Shown here piece after piece: positions 29,023-38,711 of a DNA stretch of 64,000 bases. This DNA is from Pseudorhodoplanes sp. (GTDB lineage: Bacteria > Pseudomonadota > Alphaproteobacteria > Rhizobiales > Xanthobacteraceae). Location: NCBI GenBank assembly GCA_035548355.1, contig DASZTD010000005.1:2241-66240 (forward strand). The letters are read 5' to 3'. Position 1 is the stretch's first letter. Each line of letters opens with the position of its first letter. The notes under the pieces were generated by a model. That model searched no databases. It was given only the letters and a program-made list of their open reading frames with translations, and had not been told where the DNA came from. Both the position numbers and the translations under genes were made by a program.

Positions 29023-29303
29023 CCATCCGTCCGATCGGCCGGCAATCTCCCCGCGCCAATGTGCGGCAGTTCGTCCGCATGATCGACACCGCTGAAAACC
29101 TCGTCGGCCTCGGCTTCCTCGTCAACGTGTCGGCGGGCGGGGCGAAAATCGAGACCAAGTCGCCGGAAGACATCCCCGAGGTCTTCATGCTGCTGCTCTC
29201 GGTCGACGGCAAGGTGAGACGCGATTGCACGGTCGTGTGGCGCGGAGCGGGTTGCCTCGGCGTCAAATTCGCGGCCGGGGGGCCGGGCTCCTCCCTCGAT
29301 TGA
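29019..29303 (+). CDS. Stand-alone PilZ domain protein
   Basis: RQSPR (RxxxR), NVSAGG (D/NxSxxG), CTVVWR...GVKF; ATGA overlap with DUF2336 stop. Confidence 0.8.
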   Translation: MTIRPIGRQSPRANVRQFVRMIDTAENLVGLGFLVNVSAGGAKIETKSPEDIPEVFMLLLSVDGKVRRDCTVVWRGAGCLGVKFAAGGPGSSLD

Positions 29304-29417
29304 CGGAGCGCCGCGCGGGCGCGGTACCTTCCGCCGCAGGGGAATGGGCGGCTCCTTGCTTGAATTCGGGGTGCATTTCCCTCAACGTCCGGTGCCCGCA
29401 TCAATCGAACGGACGCC

Positions 29418-30302
29418 GTGGATCTCAATAGAACCGCTCTTCAAAAGAGGCAGGCGCTGCCTCGCTCGAACGATTTTTCCATCGTCGAATTGCAGCAGAT
29501 GCCACCGTATTTCGGCTGGGTGGAATGCTGTCCTGCGCCCGGCGTCGCCTTCAGGATGCTGCTCGGAGGCGCCGACGACGGCGTGGCGTTGAGGTTTTTT
29601 TGGAACGGCGGATACGAGCGCAAGACGCTTGCGCTCTGGACGCAGTTCGCCGCGCGCGATGGATGGGTTATCGATGTCGGCGCCCATACGGGAGCCTATA
29701 CGCTTGCGGCGCTGGCGGTGAAGAAGAAGCCGAGGGTGATTTCGTTCGAGCCTCATTTCATGAACTATGCGAGGCTCAACCTCAATCTGCGCGCAAACGG
29801 TTTCGTCACCGATCATGCCTTCATGCTCGCCGCCGGGGCGAGGAACGAGCAGCGGGTTTTCACGGTCAGGGCGACGCGCGATTATCTCTCGACCGGCGGC
29901 TCGCTCGATGCGCGTCCGGGGGACGAACGCTGGCAGCGAAGCTATGTGCAGGTCGCAAGTCTTGATTCATTCGTCGCCGCGCAGTCGGCGGAGATCGCGC
30001 TTCTCAAGCTCGACGTGGAGGGCCATGAAGCCGACTGCATCGAAGGGGCGCGCAACCTCATCGCCCGATCCGAGCCCGACATCTTCTTCGAGACGGTGAC
30101 GCAGCCGGTGGCGACGCGCGTGCAAACGCTGCTCGGCGGGCTCGGCTACCGCTTTTTCGAGATCGACGACCTGGCCGGGACGGTGGCCGAGACGGATACC
30201 GTCACATCCTACCGGGACGCCTCCGGCCGGCCGGTCATGTCGCGGCTCAATTGCATCGCCTCCAGGCGGAACGTGGATCTCCTCGCCGCAGCCGCACCGT
30301 AG
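29418..30302 (+). CDS. FkbM family SAM-dependent methyltransferase
   Basis: IDVGAHTGAYT, SFEP, LKLDVEGHE. Confidence 0.88.
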   Translation: MDLNRTALQKRQALPRSNDFSIVELQQMPPYFGWVECCPAPGVAFRMLLGGADDGVALRFFWNGGYERKTLALWTQFAARDGWVIDVGAHTGAYTLAALAVKKKPRVISFEPHFMNYARLNLNLRANGFVTDHAFMLAAGARNEQRVFTVRATRDYLSTGGSLDARPGDERWQRSYVQVASLDSFVAAQSAEIALLKLDVEGHEADCIEGARNLIARSEPDIFFETVTQPVATRVQTLLGGLGYRFFEIDDLAGTVAETDTVTSYRDASGRPVMSRLNCIASRRNVDLLAAAAP

Positions 30303-30486
30303 CGCGAAGGCAGGGGCGCGCGGCCGAAGGCCTGGCACCGCGGCGGCGCAACCGGCCGTTTACCACGTCCGGCGACCGGCCATTTCCGTGGCTTTCGGGC
30401 CACGGTATGGTGAATTTGGCGGACGGAGGGGAGAGCATCCGGAATCCGGCCTTTTTCCGCGCCGACTGAACGCCCAGGCGTTCCGG

Positions 30487-31413
30487 ATGGGGACCATGAT
30501 GAGTCGGGTTGAGGGGGACAGGACCGGGGGGCTGCCGCGCGCCGTCGCGGCGATCGGCCTTTGCCTCCTGGTCGCCAATTGCGCCTCCTCCAACAAGTTT
30601 GCCGCCAAGGTCGATCCCAAATACGGGGTCAGTTCGAGCCCCAGGGTCGTCGATGCGGGCCAGCCGGTCCCGAAAGGGGGCGGTACCTATCGCGTCGGCA
30701 AGCCCTATGTCGTGGCCGGGCGCACCTACATTCCCGAGGAGAATGCGAGCTACCGCGACGAGGGTCTGGCGTCCTGGTACGGCGACGATTTTCATGGCCG
30801 CCTGACGGCCAACGGCGAGGTCTTCGACAAGGACGCAATCTCGGCGGCGCATCCGACCCTGCCGCTGCCGTCCTATGTCCGCGTCACCAATCTCGCCAAC
30901 CGCCGCTCGATCATCGTGCGGGTCAACGATCGCGGCCCCTATCACGGCAATCGCGTCATCGACGTGTCGCACAAGGCGGCGAGCCTGCTCGGTTTCCGCG
31001 AAAACGGCATCGCGCGGGTCAGCGTGGAATATGTCGGACGCGCCCCGCTCGAAGGCACCGACGACCGCATTCTGATGGCGACGCTGCGGCAGAACGGGCC
31101 GGCCCCCGCGCCCTCGCCGATGATGGTCGCCTCGGCCCAGGCATTCCCGCTGCCGCCGCAGGGCGGGCGGCGCGGCGCTTCGCTGCGCGATACCCCGCCT
31201 TTCCCGGTCGAGCGTCCCTATACGCTCGGAGAAGAACAGGCCGAGCAGAGCGTTCGCCTATCGCGCGCGACGTCGACGGACATGGCCGCGATGCCGCGCC
31301 GGACCGGATCGGATGACGGCCTCGGAGCGGCGCGACGGATGGCGGTTTCGACTTCCGCGCCCGCGCGCTATGATCCGGTCGCGGCCTATCTCAGCGGCCG
31401 CGGGCTTTATTAA
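30487..31413 (+). CDS. rlpA: Septal ring lytic transglycosylase RlpA family lipoprotein
   Basis: VANC lipobox, YRVGKPY, GLASWYG, TANGE, AAHPTLP, VNDRGP. Confidence 0.92.
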   Translation: MGTMMSRVEGDRTGGLPRAVAAIGLCLLVANCASSNKFAAKVDPKYGVSSSPRVVDAGQPVPKGGGTYRVGKPYVVAGRTYIPEENASYRDEGLASWYGDDFHGRLTANGEVFDKDAISAAHPTLPLPSYVRVTNLANRRSIIVRVNDRGPYHGNRVIDVSHKAASLLGFRENGIARVSVEYVGRAPLEGTDDRILMATLRQNGPAPAPSPMMVASAQAFPLPPQGGRRGASLRDTPPFPVERPYTLGEEQAEQSVRLSRATSTDMAAMPRRTGSDDGLGAARRMAVSTSAPARYDPVAAYLSGRGLY

Positions 31414-31415
31414 GC

Positions 31416-32666
31416 GTGCCGCAAAACCGGCGCTTTCCGGCCCCCCGATCGAACAGGCTGTTTGGGACTTTCGCCTTGCGCGCCACGTTTGTCATTGGTT
31501 TTCTCGGTCTTGCGCTCTGCGGCGCCGCGCTGGCCGCCAACCCTCCGAGCGGGCCGAAGAAGGAGGACAATCAGACCAACGTTCCCTATGCGATCTTGAT
31601 CGAGGCCAAGACCGGCACGATCCTGTACGAGAAGAACGCCGATCAGCTCATCCCGCCGGCAAGCCTTGCCAAGCTGATGACCACGGAGGTGGTCTTCAAC
31701 GAGATCAAGGAAGGTAATCTCAGTCTCGATGACGAGTTCGTCGTCAGCGAGAATGCCTGGCGCCGCGGCGGCGCGCCGTCCGGCGGATCGACAATGTTCG
31801 CCGCGCTCCACAGCAAGATCAAGGTGAGGGACCTGCTGCACGGCGTGATCATCCAGTCGGCCAATGACGGCTGCATCATCCTGGCCGAGGGAATCGCCGG
31901 CAACGAGACGGACTTCGCGCGGCTGATGAACGGCCGGGCGCGCGAGATCGGGCTTACCCAGTCGAACTTCACCAATTCGACGGGGCTTCCCGACAAGGAC
32001 ATGCGCGTGACCGTTCGCGAGCTTGCGAGGCTCGCACAGCATCTGATCGCGACCTATCCGGAATTCTATTCGTGGTACGGCGAGCGCGAATTCACTTGGA
32101 ACAAGATCCGCCAGCAGAATCGCAATCCGCTCCTGACCAACATGACCGGCGCGGACGGGCTCAAGACCGGCTACACCGCGGAGGCGGGCTATGCGCTGGT
32201 CGGCTCGGCCGTCCAGAACGGGATGCGTCTGATCGTCGTGCTGAGCGGGGCGAAATCGGACAAGGAGCGCGCCGACGAAGGCAAGAAGCTATTGGAATGG
32301 GGATTCCACAGCTTCGAGAGCCGCCCGCTTTTCGCCGACGGGCAGGCGATCGGAGATGCGCGAGTTTACGGCGGGACGCGCTCCAGCGTGCCGCTTGTCG
32401 CCAGCGGACCGGTCGATCTGCTCGTGCCGCGCAATCTGACGGAGAAAATCGTCGCGCGGATCGTCTATCGCGGACCCGTCATGGCGCCGGTCAGGAAGGG
32501 CCAGAAGATCGGGCTGCTGCGCGTCTGGCGCGGCGAGAATGTCGTTCTGGAAACGCAGCTCGAAGCGGGAGAGGATGTCGGGCCCGGCGGCATGGTCGGG
32601 CGGGCCTTCGACGCCGCGCGCGAGCTTGTGGCGGGCGCCGTCCGCGCCGGCGTGAAGAAACTCTAG
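31416..32666 (+). CDS. dacA: D-alanyl-D-alanine carboxypeptidase (PBP5/6)
   Basis: PASLAK (SxxK), SAN (SxN), KTG motifs. Confidence 0.92.
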   Translation: MPQNRRFPAPRSNRLFGTFALRATFVIGFLGLALCGAALAANPPSGPKKEDNQTNVPYAILIEAKTGTILYEKNADQLIPPASLAKLMTTEVVFNEIKEGNLSLDDEFVVSENAWRRGGAPSGGSTMFAALHSKIKVRDLLHGVIIQSANDGCIILAEGIAGNETDFARLMNGRAREIGLTQSNFTNSTGLPDKDMRVTVRELARLAQHLIATYPEFYSWYGEREFTWNKIRQQNRNPLLTNMTGADGLKTGYTAEAGYALVGSAVQNGMRLIVVLSGAKSDKERADEGKKLLEWGFHSFESRPLFADGQAIGDARVYGGTRSSVPLVASGPVDLLVPRNLTEKIVARIVYRGPVMAPVRKGQKIGLLRVWRGENVVLETQLEAGEDVGPGGMVGRAFDAARELVAGAVRAGVKKL

Positions 32667-32670
32667 CGCC

Positions 32671-33351
32671 ATGAGGGCGATGCGCGGAAACTTCATCACG
32701 TTCGAAGGCGGCGAGGGCGCGGGAAAATCCACGCAAGCCGCGCTGCTGGCCGAGCGGCTGCGCAAGCTCGGCATCGGCGTCGAACTGACGCGCGAGCCGG
32801 GCGGCTCGCCCGGCGCGGAGATCATTCGCCACGTTCTCCTGTCCGGAGCCGCCAAGCCTCTCGGCCCGGAGGTCGAGACGCTTCTTTTCGCGGCGGCGCG
32901 CGAGGAGCACCTCAACGAGAAGATCCGGCCGGCGCTGGCGCGCGGCCGCTGGGTGATCTGCGACCGGTTCTCCGATTCCACGCGCGTCTATCAGGGCGTG
33001 CTGGGTAAGGTCGATCCGCGGGTGATCCGCGCGCTCGAGCGCCTGACGGTCGGGCGCACCAAGCCCTCGCTCACTTTCATTCTTGATCTGCCGCCCGAGC
33101 TTGGCCTCCTGCGCGCCAGGAAGCGGCGCGGCGGCGCGCGGCCGGACCGTTTCGAGCAGGAAGACATCGTCTTCCACCAGAAGCTGCGCGATGCCTACCG
33201 GCAGATCGCGCAGGAGGAGCCGCAGCGTTGCGTCGTGATCGACGCGACCGAGGAGCCTGATTTCATCGCCAACCAGATCTGGCGCGTGGTCGAAAACCGT
33301 CTCTCTCCGGCGACGGCCGATTTCTATCTCGAAGAAAGCACGCAGCGGTGA
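32671..33351 (+). CDS. tmk: Thymidylate kinase
   Basis: FITFEGGEGAGKST, TREPGG, CDRF. Confidence 0.96.
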   Translation: MRAMRGNFITFEGGEGAGKSTQAALLAERLRKLGIGVELTREPGGSPGAEIIRHVLLSGAAKPLGPEVETLLFAAAREEHLNEKIRPALARGRWVICDRFSDSTRVYQGVLGKVDPRVIRALERLTVGRTKPSLTFILDLPPELGLLRARKRRGGARPDRFEQEDIVFHQKLRDAYRQIAQEEPQRCVVIDATEEPDFIANQIWRVVENRLSPATADFYLEESTQR

Positions 33352-34385
33352 CGGTGCAGGACGACCAGAACGACGACATCCCGCTGGCATGCGCGAACGC
33401 GTCGCTATTCGGCCATTCCGAGGCGGAGCGCGCGCTGCTCGAGGCCTATCGCGGCGGTCGCATGCCGCATGCCTGGCTGATCGGCGGCCCCCCGGGCATC
33501 GGCAAGGCGACGCTCGCATTCCGCATGGCGCGTTTCGTGCTGGCGCATCCCGACCCGGCCGATCGCGCCGTGCAGCAGGCCCGTTCGCTCGCAGTTTCCC
33601 CGGAGCACCCGGCGGCGCGCAAGATCGCGAACCTGTCGCATAGCGGGCTGCTCCTGCTCAGGCGCGAGATCAACGAGGAGACGGGCAAGCTCTACAAGGA
33701 CATCCGCGTCGAGGACGTGCGGCGCGCGCTCGGATTCTTCGGCCGGACCGCAGGCGAGAGTGGATGGCGCGTGGCGATCATCGACTCGGTCGATGAGCTG
33801 AACGCGGCGGGAGAGAACACCATCCTGAAAATTCTGGAAGAGCCGCCGGCCAATTCGTTGCTGCTGCTGGTCAGCCACGCGCCCGGGCGGGTTCTGCCGA
33901 CCATCCGCTCAAGGTGCCGCAGGCTGATTTTGCGCCCGCTCGCCGATGACGACATCGCGCTCGCGGTCGCGTCCGTCGCGGACCGCAAGCCGGACGACGA
34001 GGACGTTGTCGCAGCCTCGCAACTCGCCGAGGGCAGCGTCGCGCGCGCCGTGACGCTTCTCGATGAGGAGGCGCGGGAGATGCGCCGGCGCATCGGGGCG
34101 CTGCTGCAACGACTGCCCGCGCTCGACGCGCGCGCGCTGCACGCGCTCGGGGACGCGCTCGGCGGGGCGGACCCGCGCGCGTTCGAGGCGTTCATGGATT
34201 CGGTGAATGCGTGGCTGTCCGCGCAATTGCGCGCGCAACCGCAGGACCCGCGCCGCCTCGCGCGGCTGGCCGATGCCTGGGAGCGCGCCAATCGCGCCGC
34301 CGCCGAAGCGGAGGCCTTCAATTTGGATCGAAAGCCGCTGATTTTCAGCATGTTCGGTCAACTTGCCCAAGCGGCGAACGGTTGA
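33348..34385 (+). CDS. holB: DNA polymerase III subunit delta'
   Basis: HAWLIGGPPGIGKAT, LKILEEPP, TIRSRC; between tmk and metG. Confidence 0.93.
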   Translation: MTVQDDQNDDIPLACANASLFGHSEAERALLEAYRGGRMPHAWLIGGPPGIGKATLAFRMARFVLAHPDPADRAVQQARSLAVSPEHPAARKIANLSHSGLLLLRREINEETGKLYKDIRVEDVRRALGFFGRTAGESGWRVAIIDSVDELNAAGENTILKILEEPPANSLLLLVSHAPGRVLPTIRSRCRRLILRPLADDDIALAVASVADRKPDDEDVVAASQLAEGSVARAVTLLDEEAREMRRRIGALLQRLPALDARALHALGDALGGADPRAFEAFMDSVNAWLSAQLRAQPQDPRRLARLADAWERANRAAAEAEAFNLDRKPLIFSMFGQLAQAANG

Positions 34386-34468
34386 TACCTATCCCCGTCC
34401 TGGCCGGGCGAACGCGATGCTCATCGTCGCGATGAAGTCCCGGCCACATTTTTGAATTGATCCGTCGC

Positions 34469-36283
34469 ATGGCCAAGAAAAAGAAATCGAAGGCGAAGCG
34501 CCCCGTTTCGGTCTCGCGCCGCAAGCGCCAGAGCAAGGCCGGCGCGAGCAGGACCAGGCGCAAGGCCGCCCGGAAGACCGCGCGCGCGGCCACGACCGTT
34601 CGCAGGAAGGCGCCGGTCGGAGCCAAGGGGTCGAAGGGCGGGGCGAAGCGGCGCAAGGCGCCCGGCGCGAAAGCCGCCGCGAAGCGGCCCACCGCCAAGC
34701 AGCCGGCCGCCACGAAGCAGCCGCCCACCCGGCAGCGCCGGCCCTATTACATCACTACGGCGATCAGCTATCCGAACGGCGCGCCGCATATCGGCCACGC
34801 CTATGAAGCGGTCGCCACCGATGCGATCGCACGCTTCCAGCGTCTCGACGGGTACGATGTCTTTTTCCAGACCGGCGTGGACGAGCACGGCCTGAAGATG
34901 ACGCAGACCGCAGCGAAGGAGGGCCTGTCGCCGCGCGAATTGTCGGACCGGAACACGCCGCTGTTCAAGGAGATGTGCGACAAGCTCAACGTCTCCTACG
35001 ACCGCTTCATCCGCACGACGGAGGAGGCGCATTACCGGTCCTCTCAGGCGATCTGGCAGAGGATGGCGGAGGCCGGCGACATTTATCTCGGCAATTACGA
35101 AGGCTGGTATTCGGTGCGGGACGAGGCCTTCTACGCGGAGTCCGAGACGATTGTCGGCGCCGACGGCGTCCGGCGCGGACCGCAGGGCACGCCGGTCGAA
35201 TGGACGAAGGAGGAGACCTATTTTTTCCGCCTGTCCGCCTATCAGGACAAGCTGCTCGCCCATTACGAGGCCCATCCGGATTTCATCCTGCCGGAGACGC
35301 GCCGCAACGAGGTCGTGAGCTTCGTCAAAGGCGGATTGCAGGACCTGTCGGTGTCGCGCACCACGCTCAACTGGGGCGTGCCCGTGCCCGGCGCGCCGCG
35401 GCACGTGATGTATGTGTGGGTCGATGCGCTGACGAACTACATTACCGGCGTCGGCTATCCCGACACCGGATCGCTGGCCTTCAGGACATTCTGGCCCGCC
35501 GATCTGCACGTGATCGGCAAGGACATCGTGCGCTTCCACGCGGTTTACTGGCCGGCCTTTCTCATGTCGGCGGGCATCGCCTTGCCGCGGCGCGTGCACG
35601 GGCACGGATTTCTGTTTAATCGCGGCGAGAAGATGTCGAAATCGGTCGGCAACGTGGTCGATCCCTTCGCGCTCGCGGATGCCTACGGCGTCGATCAGTT
35701 CCGCTATTTTTTCCTGCGCGAGGTCCCCTTCGGCCAGGACGGCAATTACAGCCACGAGGCGATTGTCAATCGCATCAACGCCGACCTTGCCAACGACCTC
35801 GGAAATCTGGCGCAGCGGTCGCTGACCATGATCGCGCGGCAGATGGAGGGAAGGCTGCCGCAGCCCGGCGCTTTTTCCGAGAGCGACAAGGCCATGCTGG
35901 CGGCCGCCGACGGCATGCTCGCGGCGGCGCGCGAGGCGATGAAGACGCAGCAATTGCACCTGATGCTGAACGCGGTCTGGGCGGTGGTGGCGGAGGCCAA
36001 TCGCTATTTCGCGGGCGAGGCGCCCTGGGCCCTGGCCAAGACGGACCCGGCCCGCCAGCGCACGGTGCTTTACGTCACCGCCGAGGTGCTCCGCCAGGTG
36101 GCGATCCTCGCCCAGCCGGCGATACCCTCATCGGCCGCGCGGCTTCTCGATATTCTCGGCATACCGGCGGACAGGCGCGATTTCGCCGCGCTCGCCGAGC
36201 GCATTGCGCCCGGCACGGTGCTGCCGCCGCCTGCTCCGATTTTCCCGCGATACATCGAGCGCGAGGCGGGCGCGCCCGCATAG
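34469..36283 (+). CDS. metG: Methionine--tRNA ligase with Lys/Arg/Ala-rich N-terminal extension
   Basis: [20 protein letters not shown] motifs. Confidence 0.96.
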   Translation: MAKKKKSKAKRPVSVSRRKRQSKAGASRTRRKAARKTARAATTVRRKAPVGAKGSKGGAKRRKAPGAKAAAKRPTAKQPAATKQPPTRQRRPYYITTAISYPNGAPHIGHAYEAVATDAIARFQRLDGYDVFFQTGVDEHGLKMTQTAAKEGLSPRELSDRNTPLFKEMCDKLNVSYDRFIRTTEEAHYRSSQAIWQRMAEAGDIYLGNYEGWYSVRDEAFYAESETIVGADGVRRGPQGTPVEWTKEETYFFRLSAYQDKLLAHYEAHPDFILPETRRNEVVSFVKGGLQDLSVSRTTLNWGVPVPGAPRHVMYVWVDALTNYITGVGYPDTGSLAFRTFWPADLHVIGKDIVRFHAVYWPAFLMSAGIALPRRVHGHGFLFNRGEKMSKSVGNVVDPFALADAYGVDQFRYFFLREVPFGQDGNYSHEAIVNRINADLANDLGNLAQRSLTMIARQMEGRLPQPGAFSESDKAMLAAADGMLAAAREAMKTQQLHLMLNAVWAVVAEANRYFAGEAPWALAKTDPARQRTVLYVTAEVLRQVAILAQPAIPSSAARLLDILGIPADRRDFAALAERIAPGTVLPPPAPIFPRYIEREAGAPA

Positions 36284-36285
36284 CC

Positions 36286-37080
36286 ATGCTGATCGACAGT
36301 CATTGCCACCTGGATTTTCCGGATTTCGCGCAGGAGCTCGACGCCGTGGTAGCGCGTGCGCGCGCGGCGGGCGTTGGCCGCATCGTGACAATTTCGACGC
36401 GCGTGCGCGAACTGCCGCAACTTCTCGCCATCGCCGACCGCTATGCGGATGTGTTCTGCTCGGTCGGTACGCATCCGCACCATGCGCACGAGGAGCCCGA
36501 CGTCACCGCCGCCGACCTCGCCGCGCATGCGCGCCATCCGAAGGTGGTGGCGATCGGCGAAGCCGGCCTCGACTACCATTACGACAACTCGCCGCGCGAG
36601 GCGCAGGAACGCGGATTCCGCGCGCATATCGCCGCCGCCCGGGCGACCGGCCTGCCGCTCGTGATCCATGCGCGTGAGGCCGATGCCGACGTGGCGCGGA
36701 TCCTTGAGGAGGAAACGGGGAAGGGGGTATTCCCCGCCGTGCTACATTGCTTTACCGGCGGGCGCGACCTAGCGATGCGCGCCATCGCGCTCGGGCATTT
36801 CATTTCGTTCACCGGCATCCTGACGTTCAGGAATTCCGGCGCCTTGCGCGAGATCGCGGCGGCTTTGCCGGCGGATCGAATTCTCGTGGAGACCGACGCG
36901 CCTTATCTCGCGCCGGCGTCCCGGCGCGGCAAGCGCAATGAGCCGGCCTATGTGGCGGAAACCGCGGCGGTGCTCGCGGATGCGCGCGGGGTCGCCGTCG
37001 AGGAGATGGCGCGGCAGACCACGGAAAACTTCTTCCGCCTGTTCGGTAAGGTGCCGCGCGACCTGCCCGCCGCCGCATGA
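36286..37080 (+). CDS. tatD: TatD family hydrolase
   Basis: DSHCHLD, GEAGLDY, HCF, ETDAPYL. Confidence 0.92.
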   Translation: MLIDSHCHLDFPDFAQELDAVVARARAAGVGRIVTISTRVRELPQLLAIADRYADVFCSVGTHPHHAHEEPDVTAADLAAHARHPKVVAIGEAGLDYHYDNSPREAQERGFRAHIAAARATGLPLVIHAREADADVARILEEETGKGVFPAVLHCFTGGRDLAMRAIALGHFISFTGILTFRNSGALREIAAALPADRILVETDAPYLAPASRRGKRNEPAYVAETAAVLADARGVAVEEMARQTTENFFRLFGKVPRDLPAAA

Positions 37081-37877
37081 CGCTGACGTTTACCATTCTC
37101 GGATGCGGATCATCGGCCGGCGTGCCGCGTCCGGCTCTCGGCTGGGGCGCCTGCGATCCGGCCAATCCCAGGAACCGGCGCCGCCGCTGCTCGCTGCTGG
37201 TCGAACGCCGTTCGCCGTCCGGCGGCCGCACGCGCGTGCTGGTCGATACGTCGCCGGACCTGCGCGAGCAATTGATTGATGCCGGGGTCGAATGGCTGGA
37301 CGGCGTGCTGTTCACGCACGAGCATGCCGATCATACCCACGGCATCGACGATCTGCGCTCGCTGTTCATTCACAGGCGCAGGCGCATCGACGTTTACCTC
37401 GACAGCAAGACGTCCGGCATGATGCACGCGCGCTTCAGCTATTGCTTCATCAGCGCGCCGGGCAGCGACTATCCGCCGATCCTGACCGAGAACCAGATCG
37501 CGCCGATGCAGCCCGTGACCGTCGACGGCGAAGGCGGCCCGATCACCGCGCTGCCGGTCCCGCTGCGGCACGGATCGATCTCCGCGCTCGGCTTTCGCTT
37601 CGGCAACGTTTTCTATTCGCCCGACATCAGCGGCATCCCGGACGAAAGCCTCGAGGCGCTGCTGGGCCTCGATGTCTGGATCGTGGATGCCTTGCGCTAT
37701 GCGCCGCATCCGAGCCATTTCAGCTTCTCAGAAGCGGTTGAGGCGGTGCGGCGTCTGGGCGCGCGGCGGGCGATCCTGACGCATCTGCATGCCGATCTCG
37801 ACTATGAGGCGATGCGCGCGAAGCTGCCGACGCATATCGAGCCAGCCTATGACGGGCTGACCTTCGACGCCGCCTGA
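37077..37877 (+). CDS. MBL-fold metallo-hydrolase (PhnP-like)
   Basis: LGCGSSAGVP, THEHADHTHGIDD. Confidence 0.9.
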   Translation: MTLTFTILGCGSSAGVPRPALGWGACDPANPRNRRRRCSLLVERRSPSGGRTRVLVDTSPDLREQLIDAGVEWLDGVLFTHEHADHTHGIDDLRSLFIHRRRRIDVYLDSKTSGMMHARFSYCFISAPGSDYPPILTENQIAPMQPVTVDGEGGPITALPVPLRHGSISALGFRFGNVFYSPDISGIPDESLEALLGLDVWIVDALRYAPHPSHFSFSEAVEAVRRLGARRAILTHLHADLDYEAMRAKLPTHIEPAYDGLTFDAA

Positions 37878-37952
37878 CGCGAAGATATCGACGATATTCC
37901 AGTTACTTGCCGGATAAAAATGAAGTGCTGCGGGACATTACCTGATCCGCGG

Positions 37953-37980
37953 ATATTCCATAATATGTCTTATGCGAATC
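37953..37980 (-). other. dif: Probable chromosome dimer-resolution site dif (XerC/XerD)
   Basis: Minus strand GATTCGCATAA-GACATA-TTATGGAATAT; 11-6-11 layout matching GCATAA-N6-TTATG core of E. coli-type dif. Confidence 0.85.
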
Positions 37981-38003
37981 GCGTCGATTGGCACCGGCGG
38001 GCC

Positions 38004-38029
38004 GGAACCCGGGCGCGGTCCGAGCCGTT
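38004..38029 (+). promoter_or_regulatory. EcfG-type promoter of dps
   Basis: GGAAC-N17-CGTT, 35 nt upstream of dps GTG. Confidence 0.75.
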
Positions 38030-38064
38030 GGTGGGCCGTCCTGTCCCACCAGAGGTCCAAAGCC

Positions 38065-38604
38065 GTGAGCAAAGTCCGCAGCCTCGCGCCGCAGCGCGAA
38101 CCCGATGCCCGTCTCGACACGCCAACCGATCTTTCGCCCGAGGCCGTCAGCGAGATTGCCGGGGCCCTGAACGCGATCCTGGCGGACGCGTTTGCCCTCT
38201 ATCTCAAGACCAAGAATTTCCACTGGCACGTCAGCGGACCGAATTTCCGCGACTACCATTTGCTGCTGGATGAACAGGCCACGCAGATATTCGCAACGAC
38301 CGACGCGCTCGCCGAGCGTGTGCGCAAGATCGGCGGCCTCACGCTTCGTTCGATCGGCGACATCGCGCGGCATCAGACGATTAGCGACAATGACGACAGC
38401 TTCGTGGCTCCGCTCGAGATGCTTCGCGAGCTGATGGCGGATAACAAGCACGTGGCGCAGGCACTGCGCGAGGCGCATGAGATCTGCGAGAAGTACGACG
38501 ATGTGGCGAGCGCAAGTCTCATCGAAACCTGGATCGACGACGCCGAGCGCCGAACATGGTTCCTGTTCGAGGCGAGCCGCTCGGCCGACCGCTCCGGGCA
38601 TTAA
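38065..38604 (+). CDS. dps: DNA starvation/stationary phase protection protein (Dps)
   Basis: LYLKTKNFHWHVSGPNFRDYHLLLDEQ, AERVRKIGG, RRTWFL. Confidence 0.93.
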   Translation: MSKVRSLAPQREPDARLDTPTDLSPEAVSEIAGALNAILADAFALYLKTKNFHWHVSGPNFRDYHLLLDEQATQIFATTDALAERVRKIGGLTLRSIGDIARHQTISDNDDSFVAPLEMLRELMADNKHVAQALREAHEICEKYDDVASASLIETWIDDAERRTWFLFEASRSADRSGH

Positions 38605-38711
38605 CTCTTCGGCTTTACCGTTGTCTCCGGCACCAGCCGGGCGATTCTGCTTTCCTGTGGAGGACGGCAACCGAGGTCGCCGATCGCGCGCGCATTTGCT
38701 AGCGTCGCGCG

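Noticed and set aside
29321-29336. CCTTCCGCC matching the tRNA-Ser 3' end as a possible attR
   Set aside because: Only 9 bp in GC-rich DNA, expected by chance; no integrase nearby
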